Below, piece after piece: positions 29,627 through 40,032 of a stretch of DNA of 64,000 bases. This DNA is from an uncultured Prevotellaceae bacterium (lineage in GTDB: Bacteria; Bacteroidota; Bacteroidia; Bacteroidales; Bacteroidaceae): positions 2,581 to 66,580 of the forward strand of contig CAMHQF010000007.1 in NCBI GenBank assembly GCA_946187445.1, read 5' to 3'. The position numbers were made by a program, and so were the translations under genes. The stretch's first letter is position 1; each line of letters opens with the position of its first letter. The notes beneath the pieces were generated by a model. That model saw only the letters and a program-made list of their open reading frames with translations, did not search any database and was not told the origin of the DNA.

Positions 29627-31309
29627 TCAACTATGAACTGTGAATTGTGCACTACGCAGCCTCTCCATGTTGAGTGAGGCATCGCAGTAGTTGAGCACCA
29701 CAGGGCGGTGTGTTATGAATATCACCGTATGTGAGCGCTCTTCGAGTATATTGTTGAGTAGTTTCTTCTCCGTCTCAGGGTCGAGAGCACTTGTTGCCTC
29801 GTCGAGTATCATCAGCGGACTGTTACGCAGCAGTGCCCTTGCTATACATACTCTCTGTGCCTGTCCCTCACTCAGTCCCACGCCCTGCTCCGACATCTCG
29901 GTATCGAGGCCGTCAGGTAGTTCACGTACGAAGTCGGCACACGCCTCATCGAGAGCTGCATACATCTCCTCGTCCGTAGCATCGACATTGCCCAACAGCA
30001 GGTTGTCGCGTATCGTACCACTCAGCATCGTGTTGCCCTGTGGCACATATGTGATATTGCAGCGGGTCAGTGGTGATGCGACGATTCTCTCATGGGCGTC
30101 ATACATATACACAAAGCCACTGTCAGGGCGTATCAATGCCAGTATCATGCGCAACAGCGTGGTCTTGCCAGCACCCGTCTCACCTACTATGGCAGTACAT
30201 GTGCCTGGTTTGAAGTCAAATGTCAGATGATCCACAATCTTCTTGTCCGGCTCGTCGGCATAGGCAAAGGTGACATCGTGTACCAGCACTCCGCAAGGGC
30301 TTTTCAATTCCTGCGGCTCACCCTTCCTCTCAAGTGGTATATCCTCAAAGAGCATCAGACGTTCTGCAGCGGTAAAGACGGATACGAACTGTGGCACGAG
30401 TCGTGACAGGTTACGGGCAGGATTTTGTATCTTGTTGACCAACTGTAGAAATGCCGTCATGCCGCCATACGACAGCGAACCTGCCGACAGTCGCAGTGCG
30501 CTCCATCCGAATGCTACCAAGTAGCCCGATGCAAATCCCACGTTGACGATGAGGTTAGACAATATTGAGAAACGCGTCTTTCTCACCACCTTCTGTCGCA
30601 GTATGCTGTGCTGGTCGCCCAGACGGTCCACTATCTCGTCCTCGCTCTCGAGCGTTTTCACCAATATACGGTTTTGCACCGACTCCTGCAGTATGCTCTG
30701 CACTATGCTGTCCGACTCACGCACCTCGCGTGTCAGCTTTCGCATCCTACCCATGTATATCTTGCTGAGCACAAGGAATAATGGGAACATCACCACGATT
30801 ATCATCGCCAGCATGTGGTCCATGGTAAAGAGATATACGAATGCTCCAAGGAACAATGCCACGACTGAAACGGCATTGGGCAGTGTCTCGGCAACAAAGG
30901 TTACCACGTTGTTGACATCTTGTTCCAGGCGGTTCAGCACATCGCCACTGTGCATCGAGTCGCGTCCCTGCCACTCAGAGTGCAGTATTCTGCCGAGCAT
31001 GCGTCGCTGCATACGATTTTGCGCCTTTATACCCAGTATATTGCGTACCCACACTGAGGCGATGTTGAGGGCAAAGCCACATATCACCAGACATGCCATC
31101 ACCACTACTGCTGTTATGACGCTGCCGCCCCTGTCGTGTGAGGCGATGTCAATGGCTCTCTGCACCGCCCATACCGAGGCGAGGCTCACCACCACCTGTA
31201 GCAGTCCTATCACCGTGTTGAGTATCGCCTGCAAGCGGTTGTCGCTCGACGACTGCCACAGCCACTTCACGATGGTCTTTGTCGGATATGTCTTATTGGG
31301 CAGTCTCAT
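29627..31309 (-). CDS. ABC exporter, fused permease and ATPase
   Basis: TM domain, GETGAGKT, LSEGQ and LDEATSALD. ATG 31309 overlaps the nadK stop (ATGA). Confidence 0.92.
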   Translation of the reverse strand: MRLPNKTYPTKTIVKWLWQSSSDNRLQAILNTVIGLLQVVVSLASVWAVQRAIDIASHDRGGSVITAVVVMACLVICGFALNIASVWVRNILGIKAQNRMQRRMLGRILHSEWQGRDSMHSGDVLNRLEQDVNNVVTFVAETLPNAVSVVALFLGAFVYLFTMDHMLAMIIVVMFPLFLVLSKIYMGRMRKLTREVRESDSIVQSILQESVQNRILVKTLESEDEIVDRLGDQHSILRQKVVRKTRFSILSNLIVNVGFASGYLVAFGWSALRLSAGSLSYGGMTAFLQLVNKIQNPARNLSRLVPQFVSVFTAAERLMLFEDIPLERKGEPQELKSPCGVLVHDVTFAYADEPDKKIVDHLTFDFKPGTCTAIVGETGAGKTTLLRMILALIRPDSGFVYMYDAHERIVASPLTRCNITYVPQGNTMLSGTIRDNLLLGNVDATDEEMYAALDEACADFVRELPDGLDTEMSEQGVGLSEGQAQRVCIARALLRNSPLMILDEATSALDPETEKKLLNNILEERSHTVIFITHRPVVLNYCDASLNMERLRSAQFTVHS

Positions 31310-32196
31310 CGCTGATCCATGCCCCACATCATCTTTTCGCGCAGGGTAGAGAAATATCTGTGCTCGTTGAAACGTACTATACGTGCAGCATACGGAGCCT
31401 TGCTTATCTTCACCACCGTGTTCTCGTCGAGACTGGTGCTGCGTCCGTCCACCGCTGCCAGGAAGTTGTGGCTGCGGCTCTCCACCTTCATCGTTATCAC
31501 TGCCGTATCGGGCAGTATGATAGGACGCACATTAAGACTGTGTGGTGCCACAGCAGTGATACACAGCGTACCCGTGCCTGGTGTTATGATAGGTCCGCCG
31601 TTAGATAGGCTGTATGCCGTCGAACCCGTCGGCGTGGTCACTATCAGACCGTCAGCCTGGTAGGTCATGAGGTACTCGCCATTCACGTTGACCCTCACTG
31701 ATATCATCGATGCCAAGTCACGCTTCAGCACCGCTATGTCGTTGAGGGCGTATGGCGAACCCTTCACCATGTCGTCACTGCCATCAGTCTCTATCTTTAT
31801 CACCTCATGCTCCTGCACGTCATATCCACCCTCGTATATCGCCGCTATGGCACTCTCTATCTCCGATGGGTTTACATCAGCGAGAAATCCCAGTCTGCCT
31901 ATATTGACACCTATCACGGGAGTGCCCTTGTCGCTCACCCTCGCAGCTGTCTTAAGCAATGTGCCGTCGCCACCCATTGAGATGGCGAAGTCAGCATCAA
32001 AGTCACCATCCTCAAACACCCCATCGACCTTAATCGCTATATGCTGTCCCTCGGTGACAAAGTCATAGAATGGCTTGTCCATCAGTATCTCCGCCTCGTG
32101 TTGCTGCAGTATGGCGACGATTTTCTGTATAGCCTGCGACTTCTTTGCCTGATACTCATTACCAAAGATGGCGAAACGCAATTTCTCGTTATTCAT
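31306..32196 (-). CDS. nadK: NAD kinase
   Basis: GGDGT, GRLGFL, LND and TPTGSTAYSLSNGG motifs. Confidence 0.96.
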   Translation of the reverse strand: MNNEKLRFAIFGNEYQAKKSQAIQKIVAILQQHEAEILMDKPFYDFVTEGQHIAIKVDGVFEDGDFDADFAISMGGDGTLLKTAARVSDKGTPVIGVNIGRLGFLADVNPSEIESAIAAIYEGGYDVQEHEVIKIETDGSDDMVKGSPYALNDIAVLKRDLASMISVRVNVNGEYLMTYQADGLIVTTPTGSTAYSLSNGGPIITPGTGTLCITAVAPHSLNVRPIILPDTAVITMKVESRSHNFLAAVDGRSTSLDENTVVKISKAPYAARIVRFNEHRYFSTLREKMMWGMDQR

Positions 32197-32341
32197 GTAT
32201 ATCTATGCTGGAATTATTATTTTTTACCGCAATACGTTTGCGGTTTCACAAACATTTAGTATATTTGCATACAAAATTACATAAAAAAAATAAAGTATAA
32301 AGAATAAAGTATAAGTTTTTTAGCTAAACAGACAAAAAAAC

Positions 32342-32902
32342 ATGGCAAAAGTTTATGAATTTATAGCCAACGGCTCCGAAGAGATAGAAGCTCTCACCGT
32401 TGTCGATGTACTGAGAAGGGCTGGCGTTGACATCACCACTGTCAGCATCACGGGTTCTCGTGAGGTCACCATGTCACATGGCGTCATCATGCTCTGCGAC
32501 ACCACCATAGAGAAGGCAGACCTTAGCGATGCCGACATGCTGTTGCTCCCTGGCGGACTGCCCGGCGCCACCAATCTCAATGACCATGACGGGGTGCGCC
32601 ATGCCATGCTCCAGCAGTGGCAGAAGGGCGGCAAGGTCGGCGCCATCTGTGCTGCGCCACTCGTGCTGGGCGGTCTCGGCATTCTCGAGGGCAAGAAGGC
32701 TACATGCTATCCAGGTTTTGAAGAGCAGATGACAGGAGCAGAATACACTGCCGACATCTACACCGTCGATGGCAACGTGATAACAGGTTGCGGACCCGCT
32801 GCTACCCTGCCCTACTCCTATGCTATCCTCGACATGCTCGGATATGGCGAGCAGGCCACAGCACTCCGCGAGGGCATGATGTTTAATAAGTTAACTCGTT
32901 AA
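32342..32902 (+). CDS. DJ-1/PfpI (YajL/ThiJ) family protein
   Basis: EEIE, LPGG.PG, AICAAP and TCYPG motifs. Confidence 0.93.
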   Translation: MAKVYEFIANGSEEIEALTVVDVLRRAGVDITTVSITGSREVTMSHGVIMLCDTTIEKADLSDADMLLLPGGLPGATNLNDHDGVRHAMLQQWQKGGKVGAICAAPLVLGGLGILEGKKATCYPGFEEQMTGAEYTADIYTVDGNVITGCGPAATLPYSYAILDMLGYGEQATALREGMMFNKLTR

Positions 32903-32913
32903 CTTGTCAACTA

Positions 32914-32948
32914 AAAAAAGGGCTGTCACCATTTGGTGACGCCCTTTT
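32914..32948. terminator. Bidirectional terminator
   Basis: A7-GGGCTGTCACCA/TGGTGACGCCC-T4 between convergent genes. Confidence 0.8.
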
Positions 32949-33038
32949 ATTGTTTGGAATAAGTTGTTTTGTTTTTGTAAGTTTTAAGTCATTGAAGTGT
33001 TTGGAGCTTCGTGGACTTTGTAGGCATAGACTATATCC

Positions 33039-33302
33039 TTAAGCCTCTGCTGCAGGTATCACTGACACCACGCTCTTGTCGTACTTTCCCTTGTGGAAGT
33101 TTACAGTACCATCTACGAGAGCATACAGTGTGTCATCCTTACCCTGTGCTACGCCAGCACCAGGGAAGTGCTTGTTGCCACGCTGGCGAACGATGATGTT
33201 GCCTGCTACAACCTGCTGACCACCGAAAATCTTAATACCAAGTCGCTGTGAAGCTGATTCACGTCCGTTCTTAGAACTACCTACACCTTTCTTATGTGCC
33301 AT
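33039..33302 (-). CDS. rpmA: 50S ribosomal protein L27
   Basis: [16 protein letters not shown]...IIVRQRG. Confidence 0.99.
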   Translation of the reverse strand: MAHKKGVGSSKNGRESASQRLGIKIFGGQQVVAGNIIVRQRGNKHFPGAGVAQGKDDTLYALVDGTVNFHKGKYDKSVVSVIPAAEA

Positions 33303-33322
33303 TTCTTAGTCCTCCTTTGGTT

Positions 33323-33640
33323 TTAAGCTACTACTGATTTGATTACTAATTCAGTGAACTGAGCACGGAAACCGTTGCGCTTGCGCTCGTCCTTACGACG
33401 CTTCATCTTGAATACGATGACCTTGTCGCCCTTTACGAGTGGGTTCACTACTTCACAAACTACTTTTGCACCGCTTACTGTTGGTGCGCCTACTGTCACT
33501 GCGCCGTCATTGTCAACGAGCAGTACCTTGTCAAACTCAACAGCCTGGCCCTCTTCCACGTCGTTCATGTGGTGTACGAAGAGCTTCTTGCCTTCCTCTG
33601 CCTTAAACTGCTGACCCTGAATTTCTACAATTGCGTACAT
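33323..33640 (-). CDS. rplU: 50S ribosomal protein L21
   Basis: [13 protein letters not shown]...[11 protein letters not shown]. Start set at ATG 33640. Confidence 0.98.
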   Translation of the reverse strand: MYAIVEIQGQQFKAEEGKKLFVHHMNDVEEGQAVEFDKVLLVDNDGAVTVGAPTVSGAKVVCEVVNPLVKGDKVIVFKMKRRKDERKRNGFRAQFTELVIKSVVA

Positions 33641-33753
33641 GCTTTTTTTATTGTAAAACTGGGTTACCTCCGCTGGGCGGCTGGCATCACTTAGCATAGC
33701 ATCACTGCTTACGGCCGGCACTTACTCGAGCCCATGACGGACAAAATCGGCTG

Positions 33754-33802
33754 CAAAGGTACGAAAATTAATTGAGAATTGAAAATCGAAAATTGAAAGA
33801 TT
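33754..33802 (-). promoter_or_regulatory. rplU promoter: four heptamer-like units + 12 nt + TACCTTTG
   Basis: Minus strand AATCTTTC AATTTTC GATTTTC AATTCTC aattaattttcg TACCTTTG. Confidence 0.6.
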
Positions 33803-33821
33803 GAGTTTCACAAGTTGTTAA

Positions 33822-34619
33822 TTATGTTTTTTTAACACCTCGAACCCTCTCTCCTATCATATACATCACAAACTCCACATTGCCTATGATATATCTGCGC
33901 CACATGCGGCGAGGTTCCTTTATCAGTCTGTACAGCCACTCTATGCCATGCTGTTGCCACCACAACGGTGCCCTCTTCGTCGTACCCGCATAGAAGTCAA
34001 AGACAGCCCCTATTGTACCCACGTGGCAGTGCACGTTCAACTCCCTCCAGTGCTCCCATGTCCATTTCTCCTGTTTGGGAGCCGTCATGCCTATCCATAG
34101 CAGGTCAGGATCAGCATCATTTATCGCCCCCACCATCTCACGGCTATCCTCCTCCGTGAACGTCTCCTTGTATGGCGGACTGTACGTCACCACCTCCACG
34201 TTAGGATAATCCTTGCTGCAGCGTTCCCTTATCATCTCCAGCACCCTGTCGCTCGAGCCGAAAAACATCACCTTTCTCGGCTTATGGTGTATCGTCGTCT
34301 CAAGGGGCTTTAGTTCATTCAGGCGTGCCATCTCCGCCACGAAGAGGTCCCATCCTGCCACACGTTCCGCAGGAGCATTCTCATTACCGAGCCACTGACA
34401 CGCCTTCACCACGCTCATGCCATCAGGTATCAGTACGTCGCCACCTGCCAGCGCCTCAGCAAAGGCTCTATCCTTCTTCGCATTGTTGTACGAGAAAGCA
34501 TTGATAGTATTGATGAGCAGCTTACCATCAGGCAGTGTCGCCAGTTCTGCTCTACTGTCCAGCAATCGCTGCGTCCTCAATCGTATTATGTCATTTCTCT
34601 TTGTCCCCACAACAATCAC
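33822..34619 (-). CDS. WecB/TagA/CpsF family glycosyltransferase
   Basis: PDG, RVAG.DL, GMTAPKQE, GAVFDF and EWLYRL..EPRR motifs. Confidence 0.93.
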   Translation of the reverse strand: MIVVGTKRNDIIRLRTQRLLDSRAELATLPDGKLLINTINAFSYNNAKKDRAFAEALAGGDVLIPDGMSVVKACQWLGNENAPAERVAGWDLFVAEMARLNELKPLETTIHHKPRKVMFFGSSDRVLEMIRERCSKDYPNVEVVTYSPPYKETFTEEDSREMVGAINDADPDLLWIGMTAPKQEKWTWEHWRELNVHCHVGTIGAVFDFYAGTTKRAPLWWQQHGIEWLYRLIKEPRRMWRRYIIGNVEFVMYMIGERVRGVKKT

Positions 34620-34651
34620 ATATGTTCTCGTGCCTTAGAAACAATCTGAAC

Positions 34652-34885
34652 TTACTTCAGTTTGTTCCACAGCCAGAGGACTGCTACCGCACCGCATACA
34701 GAGGTGATAAGTTCGCCGAGCCAGTTGTATGCTGGACCAATGCCTACGAGACCAAACAGCGTGCCACCTACGAAACCGCCTACGAGACCTAAGAGGAGGT
34801 CGATGAGACATCCCTTGCCCTTACCATTAGTTATCTTGCTGGCAATGAAGCCTGCAAGGATACCTGTGATGATGCCTATTATCAT
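34652..34885 (-). CDS. GlsB/YeaQ/YmgE family small membrane protein
   Basis: GI.AG.IA...G....LG.VG..VGG.L pattern. Confidence 0.85.
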   Translation of the reverse strand: MIIGIITGILAGFIASKITNGKGKGCLIDLLLGLVGGFVGGTLFGLVGIGPAYNWLGELITSVCGAVAVLWLWNKLK

Positions 34886-34897
34886 TGTCCTAATTCT

Positions 34898-35512
34898 TTA
34901 CTTATTTTCCCAAGCGACAATCTTATCCTGATTCTTGAGGAGGAAGTCGATGTCGTCGAGAGCATTTTCAAGGCAGTACTTCTTGTAGCCGTTGATGTCA
35001 AACTTCTCGCTGTGACCTGTTGCCTCGTTGGTCACGGTCTGGTTAGGCACGTCAACGGTGACGAGGGTCTGTGGGTCTTTCTCTATTGAGGCGAACAGCT
35101 CTGCCTGAAACTCAGGTGTTACTATGACTGGTAACACAAAGCAGTTGAGGAGGTTGTTGCGGTGTATGTCAGCAAAACTACTGCTGATAACCACCCTTAC
35201 TCCATATCCTGCGATAGCCCATGCAGCATGCTCGCGAGAAGAACCAGAACCCCAGTTCTTGCCACCAACTATTATCTGACGGACGCCCTCACGGGGTGTC
35301 TCAGAGAATTCAGGCTTATTCATTACGAAGTCTGCCACTGGATTGCCGTCGGCATCATAACGCAGGTCGTGCATGAAGGCATCTCCAAAGAATTTTGGAT
35401 CACGTGTGGTTGAAGCCAGGTAGCGTGCTGGTATGATGAGGTCGGTGTTACAGTTGTCAATGTTTATTGGCAGACATGTTGACTTTATTATGTTGAATTT
35501 TTCTTTTGCCAT
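34898..35512 (-). CDS. leuD: 3-isopropylmalate dehydratase small subunit
   Basis: NTDLIIPA, GSGSSREHA and SFADI motifs. Confidence 0.96.
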   Translation of the reverse strand: MAKEKFNIIKSTCLPINIDNCNTDLIIPARYLASTTRDPKFFGDAFMHDLRYDADGNPVADFVMNKPEFSETPREGVRQIIVGGKNWGSGSSREHAAWAIAGYGVRVVISSSFADIHRNNLLNCFVLPVIVTPEFQAELFASIEKDPQTLVTVDVPNQTVTNEATGHSEKFDINGYKKYCLENALDDIDFLLKNQDKIVAWENK

Positions 35513-35552
35513 GGTTTGTTTTTGTTAGGCTCTGAAATGACATTTCAGAGTA

Positions 35553-36947
35553 TTAATCTATCATTGTGCGTGGGTCGGTAATCTTGCCTGTTATAGCTGA
35601 AGCCGCCACGGTGAGGGGTGACGCAAGGATGGTGCGTGCACCAGGTCCCTGACGACCTACGAAGTTGCGGTTGGAGGTTGAGATAGACAGTTTGCCTGCA
35701 GGCACCTTATCGGGGTTCATGGCAAGACAGCTGGAGCATGATGGCAGACGCAGCTCGAAGCCAGCCTCCTCAAGTATCTTGTCTATGCCCTCGTCGATAA
35801 TCTGCTGACGTACCAGCCATGAGCCTGGCACCAGCCATGCCACTACTGAGTCAGCCTTCTTCTTACCCTTCACGATTGAGGCGAAGGCGCGGAAGTCCTC
35901 TATGCGGCCGTTGGTACATGCTCCGAGGAAACAGTAATCGACTGGTGTGCCCTCCAGCTTCTGTCCAGGCTCAAACTGCATGTAGCTGAGCTGAGCCTCC
36001 AACTGTGCCTTCTCCTCTGCTGATACAGAGTCGTATGTGGGCACTGTGCCGTCGATGGCGATGCCTGCTCCGGGGTTGGTGCCGTAGGTGATACGTGGAG
36101 CTATGTCCTCAGCGTGGTATGTCACTTCCTTGTCAAATACTGCGTCATCCTCGCTCTTGAGGGTCTTCCAGTATTCCACAGCCTTGTCCCATTCTGAGCC
36201 CTTAGGAGCGTACTCCCTGCCTTTGAGGTAGGCGAAGGTGGTCTCGTCAGGTGCTATGATACCAGCCCTAGAACCCATCTCGATAGAGAGGTTAGATAGT
36301 GTCAGGCGGCCCTCCATCGACATATTCTTGATAGTTGAACCAGCATATTCCACGACGTAGCCTGTAGCACCTGATGTTGTCATCTGTGCCATGATGTAGA
36401 GTGCCACGTCCTTGGCTGTCACGCCTGGCTTCAGCTCACCCTCTATATTGATGCGCATAGACTTGGGCTTTGACTGCAGGATGGTCTCTGATGCGAGCAC
36501 CTGTGCTACCTCTGATGTTCCTATACCCATTGCGAGCGCACCTACTGCGCCGTGGGTAGAGGTGTGTGAGTCACCGCAGACGATTGTCATGCCAGGCAGA
36601 GAGAGAGCTTTTTCGGGACCTACTACGTGAATGATACCGTTGTCCTTGGTACCCATGGCGAAGTGCTTGATGCCAAACTCAGCGCAGTTCTTTGCCAGTG
36701 TCTCCACCTGCTTGCGGCCTACAGGGTCGTCGATGCGCTCCTGCTGGTCGGAAGGGGTGTTATGGTCAGGCATAGCCACCACGTGGTCGGGGCGGAACAC
36801 CTTGATGCCCTTGTCGCGCAAGGTGTCAAACGCCTGCGGACTTGTCACCTCATGAGCGTAGAGGCGATCGATATACAGTTGGGTGGGACCGTCCTCCACG
36901 TTCTGTACTACGTGGGCGTCCCAGATTTTGTCAAATAATGTATTCAT
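35553..36947 (-). CDS. leuC: 3-isopropylmalate dehydratase large subunit
   Basis: [24 protein letters not shown] and STSNRNF motifs. Confidence 0.98.
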   Translation of the reverse strand: MNTLFDKIWDAHVVQNVEDGPTQLYIDRLYAHEVTSPQAFDTLRDKGIKVFRPDHVVAMPDHNTPSDQQERIDDPVGRKQVETLAKNCAEFGIKHFAMGTKDNGIIHVVGPEKALSLPGMTIVCGDSHTSTHGAVGALAMGIGTSEVAQVLASETILQSKPKSMRINIEGELKPGVTAKDVALYIMAQMTTSGATGYVVEYAGSTIKNMSMEGRLTLSNLSIEMGSRAGIIAPDETTFAYLKGREYAPKGSEWDKAVEYWKTLKSEDDAVFDKEVTYHAEDIAPRITYGTNPGAGIAIDGTVPTYDSVSAEEKAQLEAQLSYMQFEPGQKLEGTPVDYCFLGACTNGRIEDFRAFASIVKGKKKADSVVAWLVPGSWLVRQQIIDEGIDKILEEAGFELRLPSCSSCLAMNPDKVPAGKLSISTSNRNFVGRQGPGARTILASPLTVAASAITGKITDPRTMID

Positions 36948-36987
36948 TGAAAGTTCAAATGTTATAAAAGTTCAAAGGTCAGAAGGT

Positions 36988-38502
36988 TTACAGCTTCGCT
37001 ACCTTAAATTTGTTGATACAATCGATATACGCCTCCATGGTGGCGGTCACAATGTCGGTATTAGAGCCAAAGCCGTAATATACCACGCCCTCATGCTCTA
37101 CCTGTACGTGAACCTTACAGAGGTCGTCAGAACCCTTGTTGATAGCCTGGATGGTGAGTTCCTTGAGCTCCATCTGACGATGTATGATCTGCTTGAGAGC
37201 CTTGACAGAGGCATCCACGGGACCATTACCCGTAGCAGCAGCCTCAAAGACTTCGTTGGCTATCTTCAGCTTGATTGCCGCAATAGGCGTGACGCCCTTG
37301 CCTGATGTCACCTGCAGCGACTCCAGCTGTACGAGGTTGTCGGTAGAAGATGTCACACCAGCAAGTACGAGAAGGTCTTCGTCGCCCAGCTGCTTCTTCT
37401 TGTCAGCCATCTCGAGGAACTTCTTGTAGAGTTTGTCGAGCTGCTCCTGGCTCTCCATCTCTATGCCGAGGATAGAGAGGCGGTGCTTCAGCGCAGCACG
37501 ACCAGAGCGTGCTGTCAGTACGATAGAGTTCTCGTCGATACCCACCTCCTTAGGGTCCATAATCTCATAGGTGGAGGTATTTTTAAGTACGCCATCCTGA
37601 TGTATGCCTGATGAGTGAGCGAAAGCGTTCTTGCCCACGATAGCCTTGTTAGGCTGCACTGGCATATTCATCAGCGTGCTCACCATACGTGAGGTAGGCC
37701 ATATCTTCTGTGTGTTGATATTTGTCTCTATGCCGAGGTCGGGGTGAGTCTTGAATATCATCGCTATCTCTTCGAGTGAGGTGTTTCCCGCACGCTCGCC
37801 GATACCGTTTATGGTCACCTCCACCTGACGTGCGCCGTTCAGCACACCAGCACAGGTATTGGCTGTCGCCATGCCCAGGTCGTTGTGGCAGTGGGTAGAG
37901 AGTATTGACTTACCTGCAGCAAAGGCATCCACGTGCTCATACAGGTACTTTATCTTTTCGCCGTACTCGTATGGGGTGCGGAAACCCGTCGTGTCAGGTA
38001 TGTTGCAAACCGTAGCGCCAGCCTTGGTCACAGCATCGATGACGCGTGCCAGGTACTCATTATCGGTACGACCTGCGTCCTCAGCATAAAACTCCACATC
38101 CTCCACATACTTCTTGGCATACTTCACAGCTGCCACAGCACGCTCTATTATCTCCTCGGGCGTGCTGTTAAACTTATACTTGATGTGCGTAGGGCTGGTA
38201 CCTATGCCAGTATGTATGCGCTTGTGCTTGGCATACTGTAGGGCTTCGGCAGCACAGTCTATGTCCTTCTCCACAGCGCGTGTAAGGGCACAGATAGTTG
38301 GCCATGTCACGGCCTTTGATATCTCAATCACTGAGTTGAAGTCTCCAGGAGAACTGATAGGAAAACCAGCCTCTATGACGTCAACTCCCAACTGTTCCAG
38401 TTGCTTAGCCACCTGAATCTTCTCTACGGTGTTCAGCTGACATCCTGGAACCTGTTCACCATCCCTCAGGGTGGTGTCGAAGATGAATAATCTGTCTGCC
38501 AT
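36988..38502 (-). CDS. leuA: 2-isopropylmalate synthase
   Basis: [22 protein letters not shown] and GIHQDG motifs; C-terminal regulatory domain. Confidence 0.97.
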   Translation of the reverse strand: MADRLFIFDTTLRDGEQVPGCQLNTVEKIQVAKQLEQLGVDVIEAGFPISSPGDFNSVIEISKAVTWPTICALTRAVEKDIDCAAEALQYAKHKRIHTGIGTSPTHIKYKFNSTPEEIIERAVAAVKYAKKYVEDVEFYAEDAGRTDNEYLARVIDAVTKAGATVCNIPDTTGFRTPYEYGEKIKYLYEHVDAFAAGKSILSTHCHNDLGMATANTCAGVLNGARQVEVTINGIGERAGNTSLEEIAMIFKTHPDLGIETNINTQKIWPTSRMVSTLMNMPVQPNKAIVGKNAFAHSSGIHQDGVLKNTSTYEIMDPKEVGIDENSIVLTARSGRAALKHRLSILGIEMESQEQLDKLYKKFLEMADKKKQLGDEDLLVLAGVTSSTDNLVQLESLQVTSGKGVTPIAAIKLKIANEVFEAAATGNGPVDASVKALKQIIHRQMELKELTIQAINKGSDDLCKVHVQVEHEGVVYYGFGSNTDIVTATMEAYIDCINKFKVAKL

Positions 38503-38685
38503 AAATTTTACTTTATACTTTATTCTCTATACTTTATACATTATTAAGGTGCAAAATTACTACTTTTCTGCGACATAGACAAATAAAAACACAAAAAATA
38601 CACCTTATCTAATAACATCACCTGATAAGTCCAATGTTTCATTTATCACCTATACATCTCCCATCAGCATCAAACACTAAGTTTC

Positions 38686-38840
38686 AGCATGCTGAAGCAC
38701 ACCCTTCCGCATGTAGAAACTAAGCCTCTTGGTGCTAAAAGCTTAGCAACGTCCAAAAATTAACTAGTAAATTTCAAGAATTAACTGGTTAATTTGCGAA
38801 ATTAACCAGTTAATTTTATACAGAAGCTTAGCAACAGCAA
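38686..38840. repeat. Dispersed repeat with three 21-bp-period palindromes, copy 2 (inverted)
   Basis: AAATTAACTAGTAAATTT / GAATTAACTGGTTAATTT / AAATTAACCAGTTAATTT, flanked on both sides by AAGCTTAGCAAC. Confidence 0.75.
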
Positions 38841-39165
38841 ACAAAAAGCTATGCTTCTGTATGGTTATCGCTATGCAATCATCAAATAAACCATAATATG
38901 CGCCTGTACCTAACCATATTTCCTTGCACCTCCACCCCAAGTGCAGGGATTTTTGTTTTAAATGGGGGCAAGTCCTAAATTTTCCGTTTGTTATCAGGAA
39001 AGACGAAATCGCAACAACAAGCACAAAACTTTAACTCCGAAGCCTTTTAGAGGAAATGTTGAAACAACAGGAGAAGTCAACTTACTGTATATCAATACAT
39101 TAATATATGCGCAGTTTCAATTTCAGTTGTAGTCTTTCCCTACAAGGCAATTCCTCATCACATTA

Positions 39166-39283
39166 TTATTTCAGTCGTATGTTGCGCCACGATTTCAACA
39201 GGTCTACCGATGCGCTGACGGTGGGTGTTTGGCTCTTGCTATTCTTCACAATTGAACGTTCGCGAACCTATTGTGTTTTTCAT
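39166..39283 (-). pseudogene. Remnant of a caspase-family (peptidase C14) gene
   Basis: 39267-39166 translates as VRERSIVKNSKSQTPTVSASVDLLKSWRNIRLK*, collinear with the C-terminus of the 57572-59368 protein. Confidence 0.75.
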
Positions 39284-39432
39284 TGTCGTATATTGTTTAG
39301 GGGTAGTTTTCGGTACAAAAATCCCCACTGCACTTAGTCTATGCAAGGGGAAGGTATTCTATCTTGGTTCATCAGTTTTCCAGTTCTCAATTTCGATTCA
39401 TAGGATTAAAGTTGGGTCTATCAATACTTTTT

Positions 39433-39747
39433 TTAATTTTCTAACAATGTAGAGTCGTCCTGTCTGTTATTCTTAACATACTCAATATAGATAGAATCCT
39501 CACTTATGGTATAGATGAGTTTTATCTCTTTAATAACAACTACGCTTCGATATTCTATGCCAGTAATTTCTGTAAGATAATCCTCCGTTTTACCTAACTG
39601 AGAAAAGGTTGATAAACGGTTTACGGTAGTCGTTATCTTATGACTTAGTTGGTGTAATTGCTGTTCTCCAAATTCTTCGAAAGTATATTCCAAGACATTA
39701 GAGAGACTCTGCAACGCAACATGTGTCCACTGAATGTGTAAGTTCAT
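39433..39747 (-). CDS. Type II toxin, RelE/ParE family
   Basis: IQWT..A..SL..V.EY...FG, L..F..LG and YR.VV....LIY pattern; about 100 aa; overlaps a small upstream ORF. Confidence 0.75.
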   Translation of the reverse strand: MNLHIQWTHVALQSLSNVLEYTFEEFGEQQLHQLSHKITTTVNRLSTFSQLGKTEDYLTEITGIEYRSVVVIKEIKLIYTISEDSIYIEYVKNNRQDDSTLLEN

Positions 39748-39859
39748 AAATTTTGTTTTGCATAAAACTCTCTACTTCATTCATTGGCACTGTATCACCA
39801 GCCATTGCTTGTGCATGACTTTTTTGTAGAAGTGTTATTAAAGCATCGTTTTTGTTCAT
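39698..39859 (-). CDS. Putative antitoxin, 53 aa
   Basis: MNKNDALITLLQKSHAQAMAGDTVPMNEVESFM... overlaps the toxin start; TAAATTTG box upstream. Confidence 0.6.
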   Translation of the reverse strand: MNKNDALITLLQKSHAQAMAGDTVPMNEVESFMQNKIYELTHSVDTCCVAESL

Positions 39860-39945
39860 ACTATTTCCGTTTTCTGCTTGCAAATTTAAGAATTATTTCT
39901 GAAACAACAAAAGAAAGCGGAAAAAAGTTTTTTCTGCTTGCAAAC

Positions 39946-39989
39946 AAAAAAAAGTCTCCCTGCAACGGATGATGCCGTAACAGGGAGAT
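39946..39989 (-). terminator. Terminator after uxaC
   Basis: TCTCCCTG/CAGGGAGA stem with a T run on the minus strand. Confidence 0.75.
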
Positions 39990-40032
39990 GAAATCTATTG
40001 TGAACCTAAAAAATCGGCTACACCTGACGCTC

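Noticed and set aside
39107-39452. Plus-strand ORFs of 76 and 75 aa
   Set aside because: No recognisable features; the region is better explained by the minus-strand caspase remnant.
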